Shown piece by piece: positions 1-8,086 of a stretch of 20,622 bases of DNA; position 1 is the stretch's first letter, and every line of letters begins with the position of its first letter. The position numbers were made by a program, and so were the translations under genes. The stretch comes from Candidatus Heimdallarchaeota archaeon. GTDB lineage: Archaea; Asgardarchaeota; Heimdallarchaeia; Hodarchaeales; Hodarchaeaceae. The stretch spans positions 1-20,622 of the forward strand of contig JBHLSH010000072.1 of the NCBI GenBank assembly GCA_048881705.1. Direction: 5' to 3'. Below the pieces are notes generated by a model. That model worked only from the letters and a program-made list of their open reading frames with translations. It was not told where the DNA came from and made no database searches.

Positions 1-21
1 TTAGAACCCTCTAGGGATTCT

Positions 22-438
22 TCATTTGACTGCACTGCGGGCACCACACGCCTCGCACTGTTTTTGCAGGATTCTCCCTTCTCGAATGAGTTTGGTATCA
101 GGTTTCCCACATTCAGGGCAGATTACATATTCTTTGACATAAGTGGCCAGTTCTTTGTTGATCATTTTTCGAGAGAACTTTCCCTGCAATGCTAACCGTC
201 CCCGTTCTTCGGTTGTACTGGTTGCGAATTCGCGGGCTAGATGTTTTGCCAAATGATCCGCGGCTTCCTCTCGATTTATTATTTTGATCACATTACGCCA
301 ATCTGTGATCCAGGTTTTATTACCCTCTCGGAATACATCCGCTTCGGGGATTTGAAACCGAGTCTTTTCAAAGACATGTGCTGGCAAATTGTCTCGAGCG
401 CGTTTGAGTGCCTTTAGATATGCTTCCTCAGATGCCAT
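22..438 (-). CDS. eif2b: Translation initiation factor 2 subunit beta (aIF-2beta)
   Basis: YLKALKRARDNLP N-terminal helix, REFATS..E.GRLALQGKFS core, C-terminal Zn ribbon CPECGKPDT...CEACGA. Start moved from the ORF-track 540 to ATG at 438 (MASEEAY, 138 aa), which matches the usual family length. Confidence 0.95.
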   Translation of the reverse strand: MASEEAYLKALKRARDNLPAHVFEKTRFQIPEADVFREGNKTWITDWRNVIKIINREEAADHLAKHLAREFATSTTEERGRLALQGKFSRKMINKELATYVKEYVICPECGKPDTKLIREGRILQKQCEACGARSAVK

Positions 439-683
439 TGTTTTGTTCAATCCTAAAAATCCGGTGAGACCATTGAAAAATTGGCCGTAACGAACCAATT
501 CAGTAGTTATTGAAACAATACATTCATGTAATGGCCCCATCGCCCGAGTTTTTAATGCTATTGATAATAAGATCCACCTTTTTGGAAAGCCGTAGGAATT
601 TTTTTAACTTTGAAGGAATTACTTTGAGGTAATTGCGAATCAAGTTAAAATTCCTGGCTTAAAATGCAGCCTGAGGTCTGATT

Positions 684-1490
684 TTGAGTTTTACCTTGCG
701 GCGTCGGCGGGAACATAGAATGGTATTCGATCTCATCGCCAGATCGGATCTGTGCCTTGAAGTGATAGATGGGCGTCTTCCAGCCCTCACTCGGGTATCT
801 ATAATAGAAAACTTTGCGCGCAACTCCCAAATCCCATTAATTATCGTGTTGAACAAATGTGATTTGGTTCCTCAGCAAGTGTGTGAACATAACAAGCATA
901 TTCTAGGTCGTAGCTTTCCAACAGTGTATATTTCTGCCCAAGCAAGGCAAGGAACAAAAAAACTACGATCCCAAATCGCAAGGATATCTCCGCAGCAGGA
1001 AATAACTATTAGCATTGTAGGGATACCAAATACGGGAAAAAGCAGTCTGTTAAACATCCTACGTGGGAAACATGTATCCCCAACTGGCCAAAAGCCAGGA
1101 ATTACCAGAAGTGAACAACTTGTTCGAATTTCTAAACGCGTTCTGGCCTTTGACTCCCCGGGAGTGGTTCCTTTGGATCATCAGAATGAAAATATCCAAG
1201 CCTTTCTCGGTGCTTTACCAATAGAAAAACTGACAGATCCCATTTCAACAGTAGAATTCTTTTTAGATAGGATAAAACGGTACAACGCTAAAGGTTTAAA
1301 GGCTAGATACGAATTAACCTCTTTAGATGTTGATAATGAGACTATTCTCTCTCATATTGCCCATAACCGCGGTTTATTCCTGAAAGGTGGAGATCTCAAT
1401 TTATCAGAAGCCGCAAAAGTCCTCATGAGAGAGTTTACCTCTGGAGTATTTCCTTACTGGGAACCTGCTAATCCACGGAGTAGCTTTTAA
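684..1490 (+). CDS. Circularly permuted ribosome-biogenesis GTPase (YlqF/RbgA/Nog2-Nug1 family)
   Basis: Motif order G4 (NKCD), G1 (GIPNTGKS), G2 (PGIT), G3 (DSPG); N-terminal SDLCLEVIDGRLP; C-terminal RGLFLKGGDLNLSEAAKVLMREFTSGVFPYW. Start could be TTG 684 or ATG 720. Confidence 0.92.
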   Translation: MSFTLRRRREHRMVFDLIARSDLCLEVIDGRLPALTRVSIIENFARNSQIPLIIVLNKCDLVPQQVCEHNKHILGRSFPTVYISAQARQGTKKLRSQIARISPQQEITISIVGIPNTGKSSLLNILRGKHVSPTGQKPGITRSEQLVRISKRVLAFDSPGVVPLDHQNENIQAFLGALPIEKLTDPISTVEFFLDRIKRYNAKGLKARYELTSLDVDNETILSHIAHNRGLFLKGGDLNLSEAAKVLMREFTSGVFPYWEPANPRSSF

Positions 1491-1555
1491 TAATTCTTGA
1501 AAAAAGGCAAGTCGATGACGGAAGAGAGAAATTTCCTCCCTATTGACCAACCAAA

Positions 1556-3172
1556 GTGCTGCAACCTATCCTTTCACCTTATAGACATGAAATGGATTAT
1601 GAAACTTGGGCGATGAACGTGAGCGTCGACAAAGACGAGTTAAGAAAGTTTCTTGAGAAAATCATGGCGTTTGCTAATAAAACAGGCATCGCCTTTATGA
1701 CTGGAAGCATTTATGGGGGATTAGCTGGATTTTGGGATTATGGACCAATTGGAATCGAAATAAAGAACCGTATCAAAGAAGCTTGGTGGATGGATTTTGT
1801 TCGTAATCGTGATGACATAGTAGGGTATGAGGGGGCAATTATAACACACCCCAAAATTTGGGAAGCCTCTGGACACGTCTCTAGTTTCAACGACCCGTTA
1901 ATTTTCTGCATCGGTAGCTGTAAAAAAAGACACCGTCTCGACCATCTGCTAGAGGACCAATTAAAAATCCGAACAGAGAATCTAACCTTGGAAGAAATGG
2001 GTAATCTTGTCACAGAAAATGCTTTAAAATGCCCAGATTGCGGAGGAGACCTAGGAAAACCGATTAAATTCAATTTGATGTTTAAAACCCAGATTGGCCC
2101 AATCCAAGATTCATCTTCGGTAGCGTATCTACGGCCTGAAAATGCCCAACTTATTTTCTCTGGTTTCCGTAATGTTATTGACTCCACACGAGTTAAAATG
2201 CCCTTTGGAATCGCTCAATCTGGACCAGCCTTTAGAAATGAAATATCCCCGCGAAATTTCTTGTTCCGAGTTCGTGAATTTGAATTAATGGAATTTGAAT
2301 ACTTTACAGATCCCGATAAAATCAATGATTGTCCCAAGTTCGATTCGATCGCAGAGACTTCGGTCCATATTTATTCTCGATCTGAACAGAGTCAAAATTT
2401 TGAGAACCATTACCGTGTAATGACAATAGGAGAGGCATGGGAAAAAGAGATCTTCCTTAACAAGTGGCAAGCTTATTGGATGACCATATTCTTTGTTTGG
2501 TTTTCACAATACCTAGGAATCCGAAAGGAAAATCTCCGATTTCGACAGCATTTGAAAACGGAATTGAGTCACTACGCGTTGGACACCTGGGATATTGAGT
2601 ATAAGTACCCATTTGGCTGGAAGGAGCTGATGGGCTGTGCAAATCGAACACAATACGATCTTGAACAACATAAAACTCATTCAAATGCAAAGTTGCACTT
2701 TACTGAAACAACAGAGAATGGCGTAAAACGTTACGTTCCGTATGTAGTGGCTGAGCCCTCTGTGGGATTAGGACGGATTCTTCTTACTGTTCTTGCAGAG
2801 GGTTATACCGAGGAGATAGTACAGGGCAGAAAACGGGTGGTACTAAAAATTCATCCTCGGATAGCTCCTTATGACGTTGCAGTGTTTCCTTTAGTCAAAA
2901 AAGACGGCATCGAAGAAGAAGCTAGGGAAATTTTTCAGTACCTGCGTTCCCATGGCTTTATTGTAAGCTATGATGATAGTGGATCCATCGGCAAACGATA
3001 TCGTCGACATGACGAGATTGGTACCCCTTTCTGTGTCACCGTAGACTATGAAACTCTAGAAGATACGAGCGCTACGGTGCGAATGAGGGATTCAATGGAA
3101 CAGACTCGTATTACTAGATCTGAGCTTGTCAATCAGATAAGAACCTTTCAGAAAACTTTTCAAATAACCTAG
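1556..3172 (+). CDS. glyS: Glycine--tRNA ligase, homodimeric (alpha2) class II type
   Basis: GSIYGGLAGFWDYGPIG motif 1, AFRNEISPRNFLFRVREFELME motif 2, EPSVGLGR motif 3, anticodon-binding domain (SIGKRYRRHDEIGTPFCVTVD). True start may be ATG 1592 or 1613. Confidence 0.96.
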   Translation: MLQPILSPYRHEMDYETWAMNVSVDKDELRKFLEKIMAFANKTGIAFMTGSIYGGLAGFWDYGPIGIEIKNRIKEAWWMDFVRNRDDIVGYEGAIITHPKIWEASGHVSSFNDPLIFCIGSCKKRHRLDHLLEDQLKIRTENLTLEEMGNLVTENALKCPDCGGDLGKPIKFNLMFKTQIGPIQDSSSVAYLRPENAQLIFSGFRNVIDSTRVKMPFGIAQSGPAFRNEISPRNFLFRVREFELMEFEYFTDPDKINDCPKFDSIAETSVHIYSRSEQSQNFENHYRVMTIGEAWEKEIFLNKWQAYWMTIFFVWFSQYLGIRKENLRFRQHLKTELSHYALDTWDIEYKYPFGWKELMGCANRTQYDLEQHKTHSNAKLHFTETTENGVKRYVPYVVAEPSVGLGRILLTVLAEGYTEEIVQGRKRVVLKIHPRIAPYDVAVFPLVKKDGIEEEAREIFQYLRSHGFIVSYDDSGSIGKRYRRHDEIGTPFCVTVDYETLEDTSATVRMRDSMEQTRITRSELVNQIRTFQKTFQIT

Positions 3173-3241
3173 CAGTTGAACATCATGCACTGCGAAGTTA
3201 CTCCAAAAATTGTAGGTATTCGCCATTAGTGTCTCACTGAA

Positions 3242-4498
3242 ATGAATAACGGGTTGAATTGTCGAATGGTTGAAAGATGGATCGTCATTTTCGCCTTAAA
3301 TGGACAAGAGAAAATTGAATTGACCGATGTGGCTACATTGGTTGACTGGCAGCCCGAATTCAAAGGAGAATATATGGCCAAATTTTTTGGAACCGATTAT
3401 TCATGGACGAGAGGTTTGGCTGCGATCGAAAGATTTGATGGAGAGAAAAGCCTAAACATTCCCATAAAGAACTTTTTTATGTGTGTATCCCGAAAATGGA
3501 AAGGAGGGGTACCTTTGGGAATCTTATTTGAATTCACTGAAGGTGATCTGAAATTACGTGGTGTAGGGCCCCCTAGCTTAACTGAAAAGGCAGGCGGCGA
3601 TAGTAATCTTCTCCTTCAGCTCGTAGATGAACTATTTGAAAAACCCGATCTCTGGAAGACCAAAATTGTTATTTCGGCGAAATCCAAAGCCGAATGGAAA
3701 AAATTGAGCGAAATTGTGGGTGCTCAGCCATGGGCATTGATCGAACAAGGACGTAATATCATCCCTTCCAATCCAAAAAAGGCAATGGAGAATTTTGAAA
3801 CCGCGTACCAGGTGTTTAATGTTCTGAACGATACTAACGGACAATTTCACGCGCTATATGCACTGACAGAGCTTGCCCTTGACACTCAAAATACAGATTA
3901 CGCTCGTGGACGGCTTGAGGCTCTTTGGGCACTTGCAAACCAATTGGGGGATCCAATGCTGGAGGAAAACATCCTTACAGTAGAAGGAATCCTTCTGTAT
4001 GAAGATAAGCTCTATGAACAATCGATTGCAAAGTTCGAGCAGGCACTAGAGCGTGCAAAGCGAGCAAACATTCATTCCGCGGTTGTAAACGCATACTGTA
4101 ACATTGGTGAGTGTTACTACCGAGTTCAGCGATTTAGCGAGGCGAGCGAAAACTTCGATAAAGCTCGTCGTCTTGCTGAAGAACGTAACGATAAGAGATT
4201 CCTCGCTATTTCCCAAGCTAACCTTGGAAAAGTCCTTACTCAACAGGTCCTTCAAAATACATCTAGTGAAACCCAGGCACGTTTTTACCTAGATGAAGGT
4301 TTACAATTATTCGAGCAGTTGACAAGTGAAAGCGGAATGATGGAGATTTATGGAATATATGCCCAACTTGAAGCCAATCTCCAGAATTTTGAGGCTAGTT
4401 TCCTTTATTATGAAAAGGCAGCAGAAAAGGCACGGAACTACCACCTCAAAGAATATTATCTTCATCGAGCACGATCCATGAAGGATCGTCTCATTTAA
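3242..4498 (+). CDS. TPR-repeat protein with uncharacterised N-terminal domain
   Basis: C-terminal half has TPR-like helical pairs (AYCNIGECYYRVQRFSEASENFDKARRLAEE; SQANLGKVL). The N-terminal ~160 aa were not recognised. Alternative start ATG 3374 follows an AAGGAG ribosome-binding-like site. Confidence 0.75.
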   Translation: MNNGLNCRMVERWIVIFALNGQEKIELTDVATLVDWQPEFKGEYMAKFFGTDYSWTRGLAAIERFDGEKSLNIPIKNFFMCVSRKWKGGVPLGILFEFTEGDLKLRGVGPPSLTEKAGGDSNLLLQLVDELFEKPDLWKTKIVISAKSKAEWKKLSEIVGAQPWALIEQGRNIIPSNPKKAMENFETAYQVFNVLNDTNGQFHALYALTELALDTQNTDYARGRLEALWALANQLGDPMLEENILTVEGILLYEDKLYEQSIAKFEQALERAKRANIHSAVVNAYCNIGECYYRVQRFSEASENFDKARRLAEERNDKRFLAISQANLGKVLTQQVLQNTSSETQARFYLDEGLQLFEQLTSESGMMEIYGIYAQLEANLQNFEASFLYYEKAAEKARNYHLKEYYLHRARSMKDRLI

Positions 4499-4590
4499 GT
4501 TTGAGATTCGGGCCTTTTCTCACGGTACCGCCTTAGAAGGCTTAAAATCCCCCCAGTTCCCTATATGGACCTGAGTTTGGTCCTTTGCTG

Positions 4591-4995
4591 CTAACCCAAA
4601 ATTTCCCCAATCTTTTTCGCGGCTTGTTTCATATCCAGAAAGATTAAGCCCAGTTTAACAGATTTATTTGCGGAAGCAGTTAATACTGCCTTACTGCCGC
4701 TTTGAACCGAAATCAAGTAGCCGTTCTCACCCTCAACATAGATCTTTGACATTTCACCCTTATTTGTTTCCATAACTGCGCGTTCCCCTAAGCTGAGGAT
4801 TGCCGCAGTCATTGCCGCCACTCGAACATCATCTAGATTATTTGGCAAAGTGGGCGGGAATGAAGAAATGGGCAACCCCTCTAGAGATACAACACTGGCA
4901 AAGTCGATTGCGGGGAGTTTACTTACAAAAGCCTCTAGAACTTCATTGATTTCCTTATGAACAGCTTGATCGGCCTCGGCATCGGGTATGTACAC
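4591..4995 (-). CDS. Roadblock/LC7 (MglB-like) domain protein
   Basis: ASVVSLEGLPISS, RVAAMTAAILSLGERAVME, IYVEGENGYL, KLGLIFLDMKQAAKKI are typical Roadblock/LC7 patterns. GTG start with AGGGG upstream. Confidence 0.92.
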   Translation of the reverse strand: MYIPDAEADQAVHKEINEVLEAFVSKLPAIDFASVVSLEGLPISSFPPTLPNNLDDVRVAAMTAAILSLGERAVMETNKGEMSKIYVEGENGYLISVQSGSKAVLTASANKSVKLGLIFLDMKQAAKKIGEILG

Positions 4996-5026
4996 AGTTT
5001 GTTGCCCCTATTGATTTTTATTCTCT

Positions 5027-5039
5027 TCATAAAAGCTTT
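5027..5039 (-). promoter_or_regulatory. Putative BRE/TATA element for the Roadblock gene
   Basis: Minus strand reads AAAGCTTTTATGA, ending about 32 nt upstream of the GTG at 4995. This fits archaeal BRE-TATA spacing. Confidence 0.45.
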
Positions 5040-5398
5040 ATGTTTATAATCACCTGAAATTCTGTTTTTTTTTCAGAATGACCGAATTTTTACGGAATTT
5101 GGTGGCATAACCATGTCGTATCGATGTCTCTGATATATAAATATATTTCTCAACTAATTCTTGAAATTAAGAAGTGCCTTGATTCCAGTTCAATTATGGA
5201 ACAGAAAATTAAATAGCATCCTATCATTTGAATATCATCAGGCTACTCTTAGATCATAGTCCAGACAATGGTTTTATTCATCTGAAATCGTCTCGGAACC
5301 ATTATGTGATTTATTCTAGAGAAAAACCCTTGTAATAGATGATATTTTCTCATTAACAAAACCAAATTTATCTCATCCCTGATCGGAGTCCGCTAAGA

Positions 5399-5662
5399 AT
5401 GCCCAGCAAGAAAGAGGAATTGGTTCAAGTACGACAGGATCCAGCCATTCTGCAAATAGGCAAAAATGGATTTTCTGTTGATGTTTTTACAGAACTGGAA
5501 ATGCAACTTAAGCGGCATAAAATGGTGAAAATTCGAATAGGCCGATCCGCTCCCTTCTCATCGAAGGAAGAGGCCCTTACTGCACTTCGAGATTCTTTGC
5601 CTCAATATATCCGGATCGTTGAGGCCAGGGGATGGACCGTAATTTTGGAAAGAAACCCCTAA
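5399..5662 (+). CDS. yhbY: YhbY/CRM-domain RNA-binding protein
   Basis: PAILQIGKNG, ELEMQLKRHKMVKIRI and C-terminal RGWTVILER match the CRM/YhbY consensus; 87 aa. Confidence 0.88.
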   Translation: MPSKKEELVQVRQDPAILQIGKNGFSVDVFTELEMQLKRHKMVKIRIGRSAPFSSKEEALTALRDSLPQYIRIVEARGWTVILERNP

Positions 5663-5668
5663 TCTACC

Positions 5669-6268
5669 TTAAATAACCTGGGAATCTTTTGTGCCGTAAA
5701 GTTGGATCATTATAATTTCTCGTGCCAACGATTGAAAAGCTCGCTTGACTCCAATGCCCGTCGTGGCAACTGTTTCATATATCGGAAATTGCGTAAGCTT
5801 AAGAGTATCAACCAACTCTGAACGGGGTAATGCATCTGGGACATCCCGTTTATTCAGCGTAATGACCATTGGAATGCTTTTTCCGAGTTCATCTCCAACG
5901 TGTGCGCGCAGTTCACTGATAGAGGCGATATTTTCTTCGAGCTGTGATTTAGAGGAGTCAACCACAAAGATTAATCCATCTACACCTTGAATTACTATTT
6001 TTCGCTGGCTTTTGTGTCGATCTTGCCCAGCAGTCGTGTATACATCAAAAACCACACCCGTTGTAGCCTGCATGGGTGCAAAATCAAAGAATAGGGTCCT
6101 CCCCGTAGGATCAGCCAATTGAGTAAATTTTCCTTTATCCAGCCCATCTACCTGATCGTACAACCATCTTAGGGTGGTAGTTTTTCCGCCGAGCGAGGGG
6201 CCATAAAATACTATTTTAAAACGTTGACGTCCTTCTGCGTCCTTTCTAACCATGTGGCATCTGACCAC
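5669..6268 (-). CDS. mglA: MglA-family small Ras-like GTPase
   Basis: KIVFYGPSLGGKTT (G1), GRTLFFDF (MglA signature with intrinsic Arg), YTTAGQ (G3 lacking Asp, as in MglA TVPGQ), GVDGLIFVVDS, NKRD (G4), ETVATTGIGV (G5). Start may be ATG 6253. Confidence 0.93.
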   Translation of the reverse strand: MVRCHMVRKDAEGRQRFKIVFYGPSLGGKTTTLRWLYDQVDGLDKGKFTQLADPTGRTLFFDFAPMQATTGVVFDVYTTAGQDRHKSQRKIVIQGVDGLIFVVDSSKSQLEENIASISELRAHVGDELGKSIPMVITLNKRDVPDALPRSELVDTLKLTQFPIYETVATTGIGVKRAFQSLAREIIMIQLYGTKDSQVI

Positions 6269-6280
6269 TACAAGGAATAA

Positions 6281-6775
6281 CTAAAATTTCTCTAGTTCTC
6301 TCAAAGCTGCTTCGAGCTCATCCTTTTCCAAGCTGGTACGAACCTCAGGGGCCGCCGTCATCCCACTAGAGGGTATTCTCGTGGGTTTTCCCGCTAGGAA
6401 CTCATCCAAGGTACTAGCAAGCTCATCATTGGCCTGTCGCATCAAAAGTCGAATCATCCCGATATTGATTTCCGCATCAGAAATCAGGGTCAATATGCCT
6501 TTCCCACAGGAAGACGCGAAGATTTTTCCTGTATCAAATTCAGAGGTAACAATTCCTAATCCTCCGATGGTTAAATTTGAGCCTTGTTCCGCTGAGGCCA
6601 TGAACACAGCTGAGGCAATGGCCCCGATCCCATCCACGTCTATTGAGGCATAATCATATTTGCTAGCATGAGCAATTGTTAGCCCTGTCCGATCTACAAG
6701 TATGACCTTTTTAATACCAGGCTCACTCTTAATGATTTTGCTTAGAACCGTATCAAATCGTCTTGGATCGATCAA
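6281..6775 (-). CDS. mglB: MglB-like Roadblock protein with C-terminal extension
   Basis: VILVDRTGLTIA, GAIASAVFMAS, NIGMIRLLMRQANDEL Roadblock core. Lies 12 bp upstream of mglA on the same strand. TTG start with AGGAG upstream. Confidence 0.88.
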   Translation of the reverse strand: MIDPRRFDTVLSKIIKSEPGIKKVILVDRTGLTIAHASKYDYASIDVDGIGAIASAVFMASAEQGSNLTIGGLGIVTSEFDTGKIFASSCGKGILTLISDAEINIGMIRLLMRQANDELASTLDEFLAGKPTRIPSSGMTAAPEVRTSLEKDELEAALRELEKF

Positions 6776-6911
6776 ATTGGAGGCGTCTCCTATGTGTTTC
6801 TTTGATTTAGAAGATTTTACCTACTGTAATCAGTGAGTAGTTTGCCTTAATTCAAATATTAGGTAAAGTCTTAAAAACTTAAGCCAATTCATAAGCAAGT
6901 ATCCGCTACAA

Positions 6912-7739
6912 TCATATCAACAGACTGATCCCCAGAAAAACAACGTTTCCAAAAACCAGGTCTAATAAGAAACCCAAGCTTATAAACAGGATAAACGGAA
7001 GAGATGGTTGAATCCAGACCACCTGTTTCCCCGTTGATTCTATTAGTTCAATAGTCTTTCGTTTTCGAGCCAAATCTCCCTCAGGGGAATCTAGTTGAAA
7101 TCGAAAATCAACGTGCCATTTCTGTGTTTCTGAATAATCTTCTAACAAGTCGTAGTGCCACGGTTTTGCCATTAGATCATTTTTAAGGCCGCTCGTGTCA
7201 CGTGGATATCCAATAAAGCGGACAATAAAACGAGTCTTATAGGATTCATCGGCAAGTGAATAGAGTCGTGGATTAGAACGATTTTTTATTAGATTATAGC
7301 CAAATATCACCAGAGGAACAGGTACGGCTGCCAAATATGAATTACAAAACGTGTTTAGAATCCTTGGAAGAATATCAAGAAGCAATTCATATCTTGCGTC
7401 AATATGACCAAAAAATGGATCCGTAACAGGGGAAATTGTCGATATTGCAATGAAAGAAATTCGATCTGCTTCTCCTCCAAGACCTAAAATACCTAATAAT
7501 AGAGCGATGAGAATTCCTGTAATAATATTAATGATTACGGTTAGGGAGTAGGGTAACGGAGACAGACCAACCAACGCAAGTTCAAAGATGCTGAGGCCAT
7601 GTACTATTATACCCATTCCCGCAATTCCAAACCATATCCAATCCGTTACCTCCCTTGATTGTATGTCCTGCCAAGAAGCTACCGCCAGTAGGAGAATTAC
7701 CGCAGATAAGAGCAGCAAGTTTAATTCAGAGCTTACCAT
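6912..7739 (-). CDS. pibD: Prepilin/prearchaellin peptidase (A24 family, PibD/FlaK-like)
   Basis: Multi-TM protein with first catalytic Asp in WQDIQSREV and second in GLGGEAD. Archaeal C-terminal signature VWIQPSLPFILFISLGFLL. Confidence 0.88.
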   Translation of the reverse strand: MVSSELNLLLLSAVILLLAVASWQDIQSREVTDWIWFGIAGMGIIVHGLSIFELALVGLSPLPYSLTVIINIITGILIALLLGILGLGGEADRISFIAISTISPVTDPFFGHIDARYELLLDILPRILNTFCNSYLAAVPVPLVIFGYNLIKNRSNPRLYSLADESYKTRFIVRFIGYPRDTSGLKNDLMAKPWHYDLLEDYSETQKWHVDFRFQLDSPEGDLARKRKTIELIESTGKQVVWIQPSLPFILFISLGFLLDLVFGNVVFLGISLLI

Positions 7740-7919
7740 GGCGAGGAAGACGCAGAAAAAGGATCATAATAAAGCCACCTTGCGCTTTTTGTGTTGCGGG
7801 AAAAGATGATAAATTCGACATTAACATGCTCTTCAGTAGCGACAAGGTGTTGAGACTAGATTTCGAGGCTAGTCATTGGATCAAATGTCAAGGAATGTTG
7901 TTTAGCCACTGTGGCTTAG

Positions 7920-7947
7920 TTTTTGTGGCATCTGCCCAGAAGAGTAG
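7920..7947 (+). other. tRNA intron at position 15/16 (D loop), 28 nt
   Basis: Central helix GCTT (7914-7917)/GAGT (7942-7945), 3-nt bulges AGT (7918-7920) and AGC (7946-7948), internal hairpin TTTTG..GGC/GCC..CAGAA. The outer helix is weak, so this is a relaxed bulge-helix-bulge motif. Confidence 0.82.
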
Positions 7948-7993
7948 CCCGGTTATAGCGCCTCCTTGGTAAGGAGGATGTCGTGGGTTCAAA

Positions 7994-8023
7994 ATGGTAG
8001 ATCCTGCGGGGTCTTCATGAAAT
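7994..8023 (+). other. tRNA intron at position 59/60 (T loop), 30 nt
   Basis: Strict bulge-helix-bulge motif. Outer helix is the T stem, central helix TTCA (7988-7991)/TGAA (8018-8021), bulges AAA (7992-7994) and ATT (8022-8024), inner hairpin AGATCC-TGCG-GGGTCT. Confidence 0.9.
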
Positions 8024-8086
8024 TCCCACCAGTGGCTCCATTTTCAAACGGGTATTGGTCCAAATTAGGAAAATCACCAGTAAATA

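Larger units (their letters stand above)
7905..8040 (+). tRNA. tRNA-Thr(GGT) containing two introns, with genomically encoded CCA
   Basis: Acceptor stem GCCACTG (7905-7911)/CAGTGGC (8030-8036), T73, CCA (8038-8040). Anticodon arm CCTCC-TTGGTAA-GGAGG (7961-7977). T stem GTGGG/CCCAC. Removing 7920-7947 and 7994-8023 gives a 78-nt cloverleaf with D loop AGCCCGGTTA and T loop TTCAAAT. Confidence 0.93.

Noticed and set aside
439-540. 34-codon N-terminal extension of aIF-2beta in the ORF track
   Set aside because: It has no family resemblance; homology begins at MASEEAY (ATG 438).
4521-4583. Cluster of short hairpins (CGGTACCG, GCCTT-AG-AAGGC, GGACC-N7-GGTCC) between the convergent TPR and Roadblock genes
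   Set aside because: The stems are only 4-5 bp with no clear U-tract, so they cannot be told apart from chance.
5059-5079. ATTCTG-T9-CAGAAT inverted repeat in the 400-bp intergenic region
   Set aside because: A single 6-bp stem in AT-rich DNA; no ORF or RNA family was recognised in this spacer.
6779-6790. GGAG-ACGC-CTCC hairpin that could mask the mglB ribosome-binding site
   Set aside because: A 4-bp stem is too weak to claim translational control.
7655-7972. 105-aa plus-strand ORF
   Set aside because: It overlaps the prepilin peptidase start and the tRNA-Thr gene and has no motifs.
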